Below, in pieces: positions 39,947-51,094 of a stretch of DNA of 64,000 nt. The DNA lies in NCBI GenBank assembly GCA_025201805.1, contig MU619329.1, positions 3,001 to 67,000 on the forward strand, read 5' to 3'. Position 1 is the stretch's first letter, and each line of letters starts with the position of its first letter. Under the pieces are notes generated by a model. It did not search any database. It saw only the letters and a list, made by a program, of their open reading frames with translations, and was not told the DNA's origin. This DNA is from Parasitella parasitica NRRL 2501. Taxonomy: Eukaryota; Fungi; Mucoromycota. A program made the translations under genes and the position numbers.

Positions 39947-40929
39947 TTACGCTCTGATCTTTTTATTTGACTCTTGCCCTTCTTCAGCATTGCTCTTGCG
40001 TTTCATCATCATACTGCCCATTTTCATCCCACTTGAGGCTGTTGTTGTGGTTAAGGGAGATGCAGAAGCTGATTTTTTGGCGAGTGCTGAAAGACCAGTT
40101 CTTTTCTTCATGCCTCCCATCATCATCTGGGATCCTTTGAATTTAGGCGCTTCCGCCGCGATAGTTACTGGCTTCATGCTCAGGCTTAATTTTATAGGTT
40201 GTTCTCCATCTCTTTTCAAATCTGTTGCTTCCGGCTCTACAATGCCACGCTCTTCAGCTGATTTTGTGGCTTTCTCGATCTGTTCTTTTAGTAATTCCAA
40301 CTCTCTTTCTTCGTCATCCTTCTTGGCTCTGTCCATCTTTTGAATAGCAGCCTATACATGTGTATGGTAAGCAATCAATTTGGTATTTCTCTTTATCAAT
40401 TCCTTAATGCTACCTGCTTGGCAAGTGCTTTTGGGCTATTGTCGACCCAAGTAATATATAGTCCTCTTTCCGCTTCATCGACTCGCAGAATGCCTTCTCT
40501 GCCCATTTGTTTGCAGAATTCGCTTAATGAATTCCATTTCGTAGCGTTCATATGAATATGCTCCTTGAAAGCTATATACTCTTGATACACCTTGTTTGCC
40601 AAAACTCTCTTGGTACCATGACGGCGAGATAGAATACCCAAAAATTCCTTTTTAAAATCTGAAGAATAGTTGTGGATGAATCTACCAGGATTCGCAGCTA
40701 CAAGCAGCATTTGTCGCTGATGAGATTCGGACATGGTATGGCATTTGAAGCCGTTTTCGTCACGGCATTGTTTTTCACAAGCCTGGCAGTAAAAACGCAG
40801 CTTTTGAAGACCTTTAGCCTGTAGGAATGTGAGTTGATAATCGCAGGTACTTGTGCTCAATTTGACTCATTATATTACCTTCATACGGTTACCAAGATCC
40901 TTGGGCGACATGAACTCTGCTTTAGCCAT
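39947..40929 (-). CDS. KIN17: Kin17/Rts2 zinc-finger and winged-helix protein
   Basis: MAKAEFMSPKDLGNRMK/AKGLQKLRFYCQACEKQCRDENGFKCH..SESHQRQ, HIHMNATKW. Confidence 0.93.
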
Positions 40930-41126
40930 TTTGTATTGATTATTTCTTGATAGTGAAAACAGTAAAAGAAAAAAGGAGATGAACTCGATAATTGCATTTT
41001 CTTGATAGAATGATTGGTGCAATAGCTATGTTGCTGCGTGACTCCAGTCTGAATACTGTACACATTCGTATTTGGTATGAGAATAATTCGCTTTAACTCT
41101 TTGTTTTTAAATAAAAAAAGTCTATA

Positions 41127-42488
41127 ATGCCCTGTCCTGCATGTAATAGTGACAACATAGACTCTGATGAAGGTGTAACTGTATGCGCATCCTGTGGAAC
41201 TGTGATTGATGACTCTGTTTTTCAAGATAATGATTTCAGCTATACTCAAACAAATTCAGAATATCTCCAACCGAAAACCAAAACTCGGACTGGAAAGGTA
41301 AATGTAGTTAGACAATATGTTGTCCATGAGTTTTACGCTAACCACTATTGACCGGTACAGCATAAAAGCGCTCTAGCGAATGTTGAAAAAATAGCTACAT
41401 ATTTCAGAATACCTGAAGACTCGATTGCTCAAGCTAAACATTTAATCCTGAAGCACAGTGAAGATCTCTCAAATCGAAATCCTTTGGAGACAGCATTGTT
41501 CGTCACTTATTTAACTGCTAGAGACCGGATATCACCTTGGTCTATTGAAGATTTTATAGAAAACTTTCCTATTCCAGTCAATAAATCAATAGTCCGGCAT
41601 ATCAATTTCACTTTTGCCAAAAAATCCAGCTTGTACAAGTCTATCCAGTTTGAATCCTCTCAGAACGAACCAGATATATTTTTGGAAACTATCATGCCTG
41701 GCATCAAAAAGCAGTATGGTGGATCACATAAAATGCCCAAGTCAACGACAATACAGCTAAAGCAACGAACAAAAGCGTTGATCAACTTGGGCGACTTGTA
41801 TGGATTAAATACTGGCCGAAAAGCTAGGCCAACAATCATCGCCACAGCTATGATCGCCTATGCTTCACTTCAAATACAAAGCAAATCTAGTAACTCCAAT
41901 ACAAAATCATCCAAAAAACTTAGTCTATACCAAAATCGTCGACTTGATTGCTTTAAAAAGTATTGCACTTTTAGCAATAAGATTATACAAAGTAGAATGT
42001 ATGACTATATGGATTTCCTTCATGCTTGTGCTATTAATATTTCATGGATACCTAATCCTGATAAAAAGTTTATACATTACTTTTTGCAGGATATTCTCGA
42101 TATGTATAGCCAGCAGAATGGCGCAGCTCCACATTTGAAGCTGACAGACGAGCAATACACTATCACCGTAATAAAGAAAAATGCTGCCTTGTCCAGCCAA
42201 TTCGAAATCTTGATTAATTCTGCCCAACGACACATTGACAATAACAGTGCACCCAGCGACTACCGATCACTAGAATATAGCATTTTTTACTTGATGACAT
42301 TTGGATTGACAAGAAGCGATATAATGCAGTGGTCAGAACGATCAATACGAGGCATGGCTGATTCTCTGCAATTCAGATCAAAGTATGGAACAAACGCAAG
42401 CCTTGAATTAGACCTGGATAGAGAAGAATTGGACGACAAAGACATGTTGGATCAAGAAGTGGATGTTTATATACAGTCAATAGAGTAG
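41127..42488 (+). CDS. TFIIB-family factor, BRF2-like (Zn ribbon + cyclin folds + C-terminal TBP-anchor-like motif)
   Basis: CPAC...VCASCGTV Zn ribbon; intron ~41298-41360; TGRKARPTIIA in cyclin repeat 2; SRMYDY..LHACAINISWI..DKKFIHYFLQDIL; C-terminal DDKDMLDQEVDVYI. Confidence 0.7.
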
Positions 42489-43152
42489 TGTGTAAATATG
42501 GATTCTATTCTTTTTACTTTACTGGCATCGAACTTGGATAGATACTGATCTATCAGAATGAGAAATTATTCAAATAAAACGGTCGTGAATTAATCAGGTA
42601 AAGATCTCGTTTATTACATGAAAAAATGATGGTTTATATACTAGTGAAGCTAAGTGGACTGATGGGAGGATAAGATACAAGTGTGAGACATGGTGTGATT
42701 TAGAGAGTGGAACGGTACATTGTATCTATCGTCCATGTACATGTCATGTTGAGTTATAAATAAGGAACATGATCCATTGGGATATGTTCCTGAATTGTGT
42801 TCAGGATTGAATCTACTTGAGTTTGACTTCCGGTTGGGAAATTGACACATCAGATACCACCCAAATTGATCATTACAGAAAAGCTTTAAGTTGATGTGAT
42901 CAAATGCTATGTACTCGACATAACTTGAATTTGTCTCTAAAGTTTAAATCGGCTTTTATATTAGACAGCATGCTGAGATTTATAATTTTTTTTGTGCCAG
43001 GTATGCTACTGCGGCAAACGATTTGGTTGATACAGCTTACTTTCAACTTTGAAGGTATGTTTATTGTAAAATTAAGACAGTTAACTATAGAATCATGATA
43101 ATTAATGATCACGGATCAATAAACGTAGTATAATAATAGTATAAATCCCAAT

Positions 43153-43615
43153 TGTTATACGTCTTTACTGCGCACATTACAGTACATGTAGTCTATATGA
43201 TCTGCCATAATTATAGACAGGAGATCATGGCAATGTACTTCAATTGAAGATTGAAGATTGTCCAATGATGTGATGTGATACGCTTGTGTAAATTGGCGAA
43301 TAAAGTCTCTGTTTCAAATCAAGAAGGTTATTCCTGTAAGTAACACAGATCTGAGCACCAGGATAAAGGTTAAGGCTCTGTCAGATCAAAGACATGTAGC
43401 CCTTGCTGTATAACCTCATATCGTACCCTGTCAAGTAGATTGTCACTGTGAATTAATCTTGTCAATTAGTAATCTAAATAAGTCACCATAAATTTATGTA
43501 GTTGTAAAAAGTATAAATAGCAGATGCAATTTCGATCTTAAATAAAGTATCTTTAAGTTTTCGTATCTCGTTAACATTTGGCTTTTGTTATCTTTTTTAA
43601 CCCAACACTAGTATA
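43153..43615 (+). mobile_element. probable solo LTR
   Basis: 463 bp starting TGTTATAC and ending ..TAGTATA (partial inverted termini), flanked by 5-bp direct repeat CCAAT (43148-43152 and 43616-43620). TATAAATAG at 43512, AATAAA at 43541, then a T-rich U5-like tail. Confidence 0.5.
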
Positions 43616-43829
43616 CCAATTTAAAATAATTGGCTGAATCAAAAGTGGACAACAAATCATTGAAATAGGAAATTTATTTCACAATAACCAATGAATACTT
43701 CAATTTTTAAGCTCATTTTTATCAGAAAATCATTGAGACTTTACAAAATAATTTAAACAATACTCCTCCGCACGCTTCATACCAACAAGACAAACTTGAT
43801 CCAAGAAAAACATTACACAGGAGACCATA

Positions 43830-44320
43830 CAGCTTAAATCTGAGTTTCAAATATTACAACTCCGAATTTCGAAAAATTCGCGCGACCGATTCATGGGAAA
43901 TTTGACAATATCTACCATAACATACCATCTAAGAGACATCCAAAGCTGCAAAAGAGTCAACGCTTAGCTTTTCAGGTTAGGTCATGGTTCTACGGTCATT
44001 TTAGCAAAAGTGGTGTGTAAATATTTGATATTGATGATAAATATTGAAAAATAAAACTGTTTTTGTGGATAACTTTTGATAGAGACATTTCCCAGTGGAA
44101 ATCAAGTTATGCTCAGATAGCGATGATCATGCCTGTTTTTATGAAGCATAAAACAGGGGTTATATTGCTCTTTATCGTAGCGTATCAGTGTTAATATGCG
44201 ATTTTCGTATGGTTTCCGCAGATAACTTACTAGATTTAAAAAAATCATACAAATGTTTTCGCCAAATAATAGCTCCAATTCAACGCTGAGTTTTCCAAGT
44301 TAGATCACGGTTCTACGGTT
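43830..44320 (+). mobile_element. non-coding relative of the Fanzor element (5'-end sequences only; 3' end not defined)
   Basis: Starts TA|CAGCTTAAA..TTTCAA..TCCGAATTTCGAAAAATTC, like the reverse complement of 22100-22154. 44075-44215 matches the reverse complement of 21340-21485, including 47 identical bp (44091-44137 = rc 21418-21464). Confidence 0.75.
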
Positions 44321-45401
44321 TGTGTAGTAGAACGAGCAGCTATTGGAATTTTATAGCAATTGGTCTTTGATGAGAGTTATCATATGCATGCAATTGTCGA
44401 AACACATATAATATGTCCAACACAAACATTTAAGTTCTTTACATCAAATAATTATTAGCTCTATATCTGACTCAAAGTAGCAATTATTTAAAATGATTAA
44501 AGGAAACAGCATAGGTAGTGAAATATAGCTCATTAATAATACGGTACATTCTCTTCTGATTTAATTATAATAATCTGCTAATAAGTCAGCATTGATTCTC
44601 GGATCAATGCTCCACTCAAAAAAAGCTGATACACAACAAACCCAACTTTTATAAAAGGAAGATGCCTTCACTTGATGTAATATCCAACAAACACTTTAAT
44701 AAATATGAAGAAGCCACAACTTTTTTGCAGACGTATACATTTTACATTTATTCTGATTATTTTGTGGAAAGGGAATGTATCCTTACCCTTCACAGAAAAA
44801 CAGATTGTGAGGCAATGGTAGTAGAGTACCTTATTGAAACTGCAATTAGATATATTACACTAATGTTTCTTTTTATTCCATCACAGACAGAATCAATATT
44901 TTTTTTGAATACATCTTTTTACAGATGCGTCATTTTTTATGGGGAACAAAGGCACTTATCATGGTACATAATTCATGAAATCTTTTAGAGATTGATGAGA
45001 TGAATATAGAAAATATGACCAAGTAGTAGTGTATGAAGAAGTGCGCTGAAAAGTTTACGAAAATGGGAACAATGGTGAATAAAATAAGCGTATAACTAAC
45101 TTGACTTCACTCATGTCAGATACTAGCGTTCTTTACGTGAATAAATTCGCTCGCTTCGTAAGTCAGTCATTAAGTCCTATAATGCAAACAGCATTTCATA
45201 CGCTCATTTTGCCGGCATGCTCTTTATTTGTATACGAAGAATTATAAAAGACCATCATGATTCAGGCTATTTTTCTTGTCGCATTTCGAAGTGTTCAATG
45301 TTGAGAGCGTTAGTATTCCGGTTAAGTCACAATAACGAACATCTGTTCATTTTTTCTTTTCGTTTTTACCTCTATAATACTTTTAAAAAGTTTACAAGCA
45401 A

Positions 45402-46022
45402 ATGAGACTTGGTTCACTTAGTGCAGAGTTAGATGCCATCACAAGAGAGTTCGACTACGGTATTGTGCCAGGGTCAGCAACTGTATTTGTGAAAGATGAA
45501 GTAAATGGAATCGGCCGTCTTGACCTCACTTTATTGGAAGGTGTTATGATTGTGTTGGAAGTTACTGACGAAGGCTACAAGGTAATAGAGCATAGAATTA
45601 AAGCAAAGCAAGCAAGATGAACAAGCAGTTTGTAGGTCACATCCTGCTCTCCTCTTTGCAATGTAGATCCTGCGCTATCCACTGCACATACTGTACAAGC
45701 TCACCTTGAAAAACCATTTGAAAGCATGGAGAATTTATTAATGACCATATCGCCCATGTTTCGAGATAGATTCCAACAAGAACTTTACAGTAAACTCCAA
45801 AGTGTTCAGCAACAACAGCAACAACAACCTTTGCATCCTACTTCGTTACATATAAATCAATCATTAGCATCATCACAACCTGAGTTAACCAATCAACCTA
45901 ATAATATTTATACACCAATGAACACAACCACAGGGGCAATCACATCAACATCATCAGCACCTAATACAGACACTCATTCTGATTTAAATGCGTTTGATAA
46001 TTTAAACAAATGGATAAATTAA
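45402..46022 (+). CDS. GSKIP (DUF727)-domain protein
   Basis: LDLTLLEGVMIVLEVTDEGYK/V and PFESMENLLMTISPMFRDRFQQELYSKL match the GSKIP-domain pattern; one intron. Confidence 0.8.
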
Positions 46023-46073
46023 ATCAAGACATTCTTTATTTGTAAAAACGAATCAATTTTTGCTTTTTCATTT

Positions 46074-48178
46074 TTAGATGAGACTTCTAACAGTACCCAT
46101 TATGCCCAAAGAAGCTGCAATAAACAACAAGAAGTAGCTTAATGCAATTTCTTTCGCAGACATGGTATTCTTGAATAGTTTTAAATGGCACATCAATGGG
46201 AATATACCGGAAATAATAAATGAGAAGAGTGCCCCTAACAATGACATGATTTGATCGAAGTTGGGTAATAGAATGGCTAGCATGACGATGAATGCAGATG
46301 TCAAAATAACGCCTCCAGTTTTTATAACAGGCTTTCTCCAACTTGACCTGCTAAGCCAATCGTCAATAGCAGGATAGCTTGTCAATCCAATTTGCCAGCT
46401 CAAAACCACAGGATTTAAGGTTAACCCGTATTTTGCGATAGGGTTTAGAGCTATAAGCCAGACAGCCAATCTATTCAGCATTTGATTATACTCTGGAATT
46501 GTAACCAGATTTTGTGTAATCTATTTTAAATTATTTAAATCATAAATTTGTACTCGGTAAATATATCTCACGATTATTTTATTACCTCCTGCATGGTATC
46601 TGATCCAAACATTGCATATCCACTTGCTGCTACTGTCATGTACACAAAAGCTGTGACAATATAAGTGTAATTCACCATCTTCTTATATTCTTTCGGTGAT
46701 TCCATATCTCTGTAGATTGTCGGGAAGACAGCATGGCCAGCAAAGCCCGCCATAATCAATCCAAAACTCATTGGAACGGCCATCCAATCCTCGGGAAGTA
46801 CAGAAGCATCCTAAGAAAATATACAGAAGGTGTGTGAACAAACAGAAAGTCTATTACCAAATAAGGTTTTCAAATGAAGAAGATACGTTACTGCTGCAAA
46901 TTCGTGTAGACTTCCAGGAGCATCTGGTTTGGATAAACCATCGTATAAGATCACAGCGAGCAGACTAAATACGCTCAAAATACCAAGCAGGCTTGTGTAA
47001 GATAAATGGCGTACGGGTATAAACAGTGTAGGTGTCAATATCAAAAAGGAAATACAACGAATCAAAAGAGGATCGTGCCCTGGAAATAAACTTTCGATGC
47101 CATCGCTCAATAAAACAACCAGTGCAATGCTAATATTTTGCTTTGTAAATCAGTTGTTAAGTGGAATATATAAGCAATTATTTACCTGCAAGTGATTAAT
47201 TCTGTAAGAAATAAAAATGAGATAAATATTCTGCCCCTGACACCATAAGCATTAGCTCCCATATCACCGTATGTACGAGAATCGGGATCAGTGTCCAAAC
47301 ATTTCGCCAACAATTTAGCAGTGTAATTGGTAAGGCCAAAACAAAAAATAAATACAATTAGCCCGATAGCCCATCCAGCGTTCTACCCTAAACTGTCACT
47401 TGATTGCAATGTTATTTTTTCTATAAAAAAGATTTACCTTAAATCCTAATGGCAATGCTAAAATCCCTACACCAATCAAGATGTTGATAGAGTTGAAAAT
47501 GCTCTGCAAAAAAGAAGACTTTTTTGGGATCACATGTTGTTGCGGGTAGCTGTCAGCCACTGTCATGACACTTGCACAAGTATCCACCTTCTGTAGCGAT
47601 GGAAACAAGAGCGGTGTTCTCTCATGAAGAGTTCCTTCTGAGTTACGCCTTGATGAAGACTGATTTTGATATCTGAAGAGTAACAACACAAAATAGAGTT
47701 TGAGAATCCGCTTTTTTTTTTTTTTTCTAGTTTCTTTTAGGGAAGATTCTATGTTGTACAATCTGTACTAATGGGAGGGGGAAGGGAAGGGATGACAAGA
47801 AAAAAAGCAGGAGTGAAGGGTATCTAGTGTGTAGACATACCTTGGTAAATAACTAGAATGAGCAGAACAAGCATCATAGTCATCGTCATCATTCGTCTAT
47901 TTGTAATTTGTTTAAATTTTTTGATCCACGAAAGTACAATGAAAGAAACTTACCATGCCTCCTTCAGAAACCAATACGTTTTCAGCCATGTGCATCATTG
48001 AAGTTCTAGAGTACGAGCCAACAAATGTTTCTATACGATCTTTAAAAGATTGGCTCAGTTGAGCATCTGGATCTTGAAGGTAGCCATTGTTTTGACTAGG
48101 AGACCCATCTTCTGGTAGCATTCCTCGATGCTCAGGATGTAGATTTGGTATATGTAAGCTACTGTTTTTATCTGTCAT
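46074..48178 (-). CDS. AVT1: vacuolar amino-acid transporter, Avt1-like (Aa_trans family); multi-exon
   Basis: SSFLQSIFNSINILIGVGILALPLGF, TYGDMG, GLIMAGFAGHAVFPTIYRDM, LNPIAKYGLTLNPV. Confidence 0.88.
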
Positions 48179-48209
48179 TTCAAAATAAATTTGTAAGTAT
48201 AAATAATAT

Positions 48210-48213
<4 letters not shown>

Positions 48214-48273
<60 letters not shown>
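48214..48273. repeat. poly(A) tract, 60 nt
   Basis: Uninterrupted A run between the MED21 3' end and the AVT1 start codon. Confidence 0.95.
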
Positions 48274-48276
<3 letters not shown>

Positions 48277-48347
48277 GGCATGAGCTTATAAATCTACCTG
48301 ATTACTTTATTTGGTAAAAAACGAAAAACTGGCTTGTAAAAAAAAAT

Positions 48348-49053
48348 CTAGCCTTCTATTATAGATTGACTTTGCTCATCCGCTATTGCTCGTAGCGATT
48401 GATTTATCTGCTGCTTTACCATTTCTACGGCATAACAATATTAATTTCATGGTAGACAGCAATTTCCACGATGACATACCCATTTCTTTCACTGCTTCTT
48501 CGTATTCCTCGCTTGCAATTCGATTTTCTTCTTCAAGTGATTTCAATAGATTGATCTATGTTAATTGCATTGCATAAATAATTCCATTTGCATGCATCAA
48601 ACTCAAGCTTTCTTCACCTGCTCTTCTTCAGTTTGCTGAATGCCCGGTAAAACTTCTATAAGTGAGTCGATTTCTTTGGCTTTTTTTACTAAATCTGTTG
48701 CTAGTTCTCGCATATTTTCTATTTACGATTGAACATCAGGATCTTTTTTTTTGCATCTAGATGGTTTAGTACCTTGAAACACTTCAGGCTCATCTGCTTG
48801 TACTAGAAACCGAGTAGAGCTGATTAAATTAATGTTATTCGGCTTTTTTTTTCTATGTATATACTTTTAGGTTGGGCCACTGGTATATTTTGGTTGAGCT
48901 CTGCCATGCCAGACTTTTCGTGAACGTAATATATACTATTTGTAAACATTCTTGCCATCTATTTAATTGCTCAATCATAATGTGCGCGAAGGTAGCTATT
49001 GGCTTTACACTTACGGCGTCGATGGCATCTTGTAATTGTGTTAATCTGTCCAT
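48348..49053 (-). CDS. MED21: Mediator subunit 21 (Srb7); multi-exon
   Basis: MDRLTQLQDAIDA / MARMFTNSI... / ELATDLVKKAKEIDSLIEVLPGI..TEEEQ / LKSLEEEN. Confidence 0.92.
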
Positions 49054-50080
49054 GATTTATATATTTAAAAAAGTGGAGAATACACAAACAAAATTTTCCT
49101 TGTAGTTTGTTGTTCAAATTCTTAAATCCCAGCAACCTTGTCAGGCATTTGGGTTGCTCAAAGTTGCATCTTACTGTACCGCATAGAGAAGGAGACGTTA
49201 ATTGTCGGATGGTTCTATCAGGCATATTCAAAGGTGCCCAAAGCTACATCTTTTTGAATTTTTAATAGATAGATTATATTGAACTGTTAAATTATGTTGT
49301 ACTTAACAGATACTTTTTTGTTTTCATCGTACCCTCAAATATTGGCTCTCCATAATACACAGTAAATAGTTTATTTTTATCAATAGAGTTGCCTTGACAA
49401 CCTAAATATGTCACCAGAACTACAGGATCAAGCCATTGAAATCATCAGAAATATAATCGTAGCAAAAGTTCATATCTACCCAATCCTTAAAAAAGACATT
49501 TGCTAATTATTAAATCACGCGATGAAGATTGGTTCATGAAACACAAGCCCACATAGCTAATGTCTTCATCAACTAATCCTTTATGGAGATGCAAGAGCCT
49601 GTCAAACATTTTAAACACTCCATGCATTATATTTTGAATCAAATCTTTTCTTTCCTGGATTGTTAATAGTCTTCAATCCTTATTGCGTACATGAGTATCT
49701 TTAAGTTCTCTTTTTATTCCTCTGAGTTTCTGGACATCAGATAGCAGAAATCAGAATGAAAGGCAATTCTTCTCATGAACAAAAAGTATGCATGATTACA
49801 GAGATTAATCGAATATACCCTTAGGTCCATCAAGTTTGTTGGATGACCAAAATCAGGGTTTGTTTCATTGGTTAGTTTGCTTGTTTTCTTGTATTTTCAG
49901 CTATTTTGAAAACAAAAATCTACCCATCTAACTGTTCTATTGACAAATACAATTACGGTTGCTTAAAACTGCAAAAAAAAAAAGGAGGGTGTGGAACAAT
50001 GCTAATTCTAATCTTGAGTATACACATTAAGCTATACAAAGTACAACAGTTCGCATGAGATCTATGCCGTACAGCCCATA

Positions 50081-50540
50081 AATAATCATACTTCCGACAT
50101 GTCTTTGTGCAATCCTCCCATGCTGGGGGCATGCATTCTGTTTTACTATGTGTGGATATATATTTGGTTTTCCTAAAGGATGTCTTCCCTACCGCTTGAG
50201 GCGCCCTTTTGAGCGGCATTGTCACATTTACTCTAGTGAGGAAAATGAATCTTGGTCATTTCATTAGAAAAATATCAATCAGGAAGCAGGAGACATTTGG
50301 GGCCATGTCAATTGTCATTAGCCAAGGAGGATTCAGGATAGCTTTCTTGATTTATGTCTGTCCTCTTCCTTGGGAAGTGCCTAACGTTATCATGTCACTT
50401 TGTGATGCTGTAAGCTTCAAAACTTAATGTTCGGTGGCTTTCTGGTTTCTGTTAAACCAGGCATAGAAGTATGGGTTGAGTCGCAATTAGCAACGTTAAC
50501 CGACGCCATTTTGCCGCCTGAAGCACATAGGTTGCATTGG
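50081..50540 (+). pseudogene. TVP38/TMEM64 (VTT, SNARE-associated) family pseudogene
   Basis: Frame-switching fragments NPPMLG / FTMCGYIFGFPKGCLP / GALLSGIVTFTLVR..GGFRIAFLIYVCPLPWEVPNVIMSL..VSFKT* / KPGIEVWVESQLATLTD..LPPEAHRL follow the VTT-domain pattern. At least three frameshifts. Confidence 0.65.
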
Positions 50541-51094
50541 TAAGATAAAGGGAAATATCTTGAGAAGCTCTGCGTAGTAAAATAATTAACTCCATTGCTG
50601 ATAACAGTACTGAATAATTATAGTAATAGGTCAGCGAGGTGATGAACATATTCTCATTCACTGAATACAGCACCTAATTCCTCGGATGTAAACTTTGCTA
50701 AACAAGTACTGTATTTTTGTTGTTTAAAAAGTAAGCATGATTTGAAGAACGCAACTTGGAATTTCTGGCTTTGCATATATTGCGCTATCCCTCATTTCTA
50801 GCATTAAAATGTCTTATGGGATGTTTAAAGTGGAGGAAGTACCCTTTTGTCTTGTAGAAACACATCATTAATCAGTCTTTCATTAGAATTATACACATAG
50901 AGAGCTTGGTACATGTTCCCCCTCCGGATAGGAAGTTATTGACGAAAAGGATAAAAGTTAACCCCAAACCTTTTATGAGGAGGTTAAAGTGCAGCAGCAC
51001 GCGCCAGTATTTATACAAAGGTATTATACTTTTTCCACAGTTACATAAATCTCACCTATGGTGGTAATAAGCTACAATACGTTTTAAATCATCT

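Noticed and set aside
42763-42805. 12-bp hairpin AGGAACAT(G)ATCC/GGATATGTTCCT with an overlapping CCTGAA/TTCAGG stem
   Set aside because: Isolated, with no supporting boundaries or family motif, so no function can be assigned.
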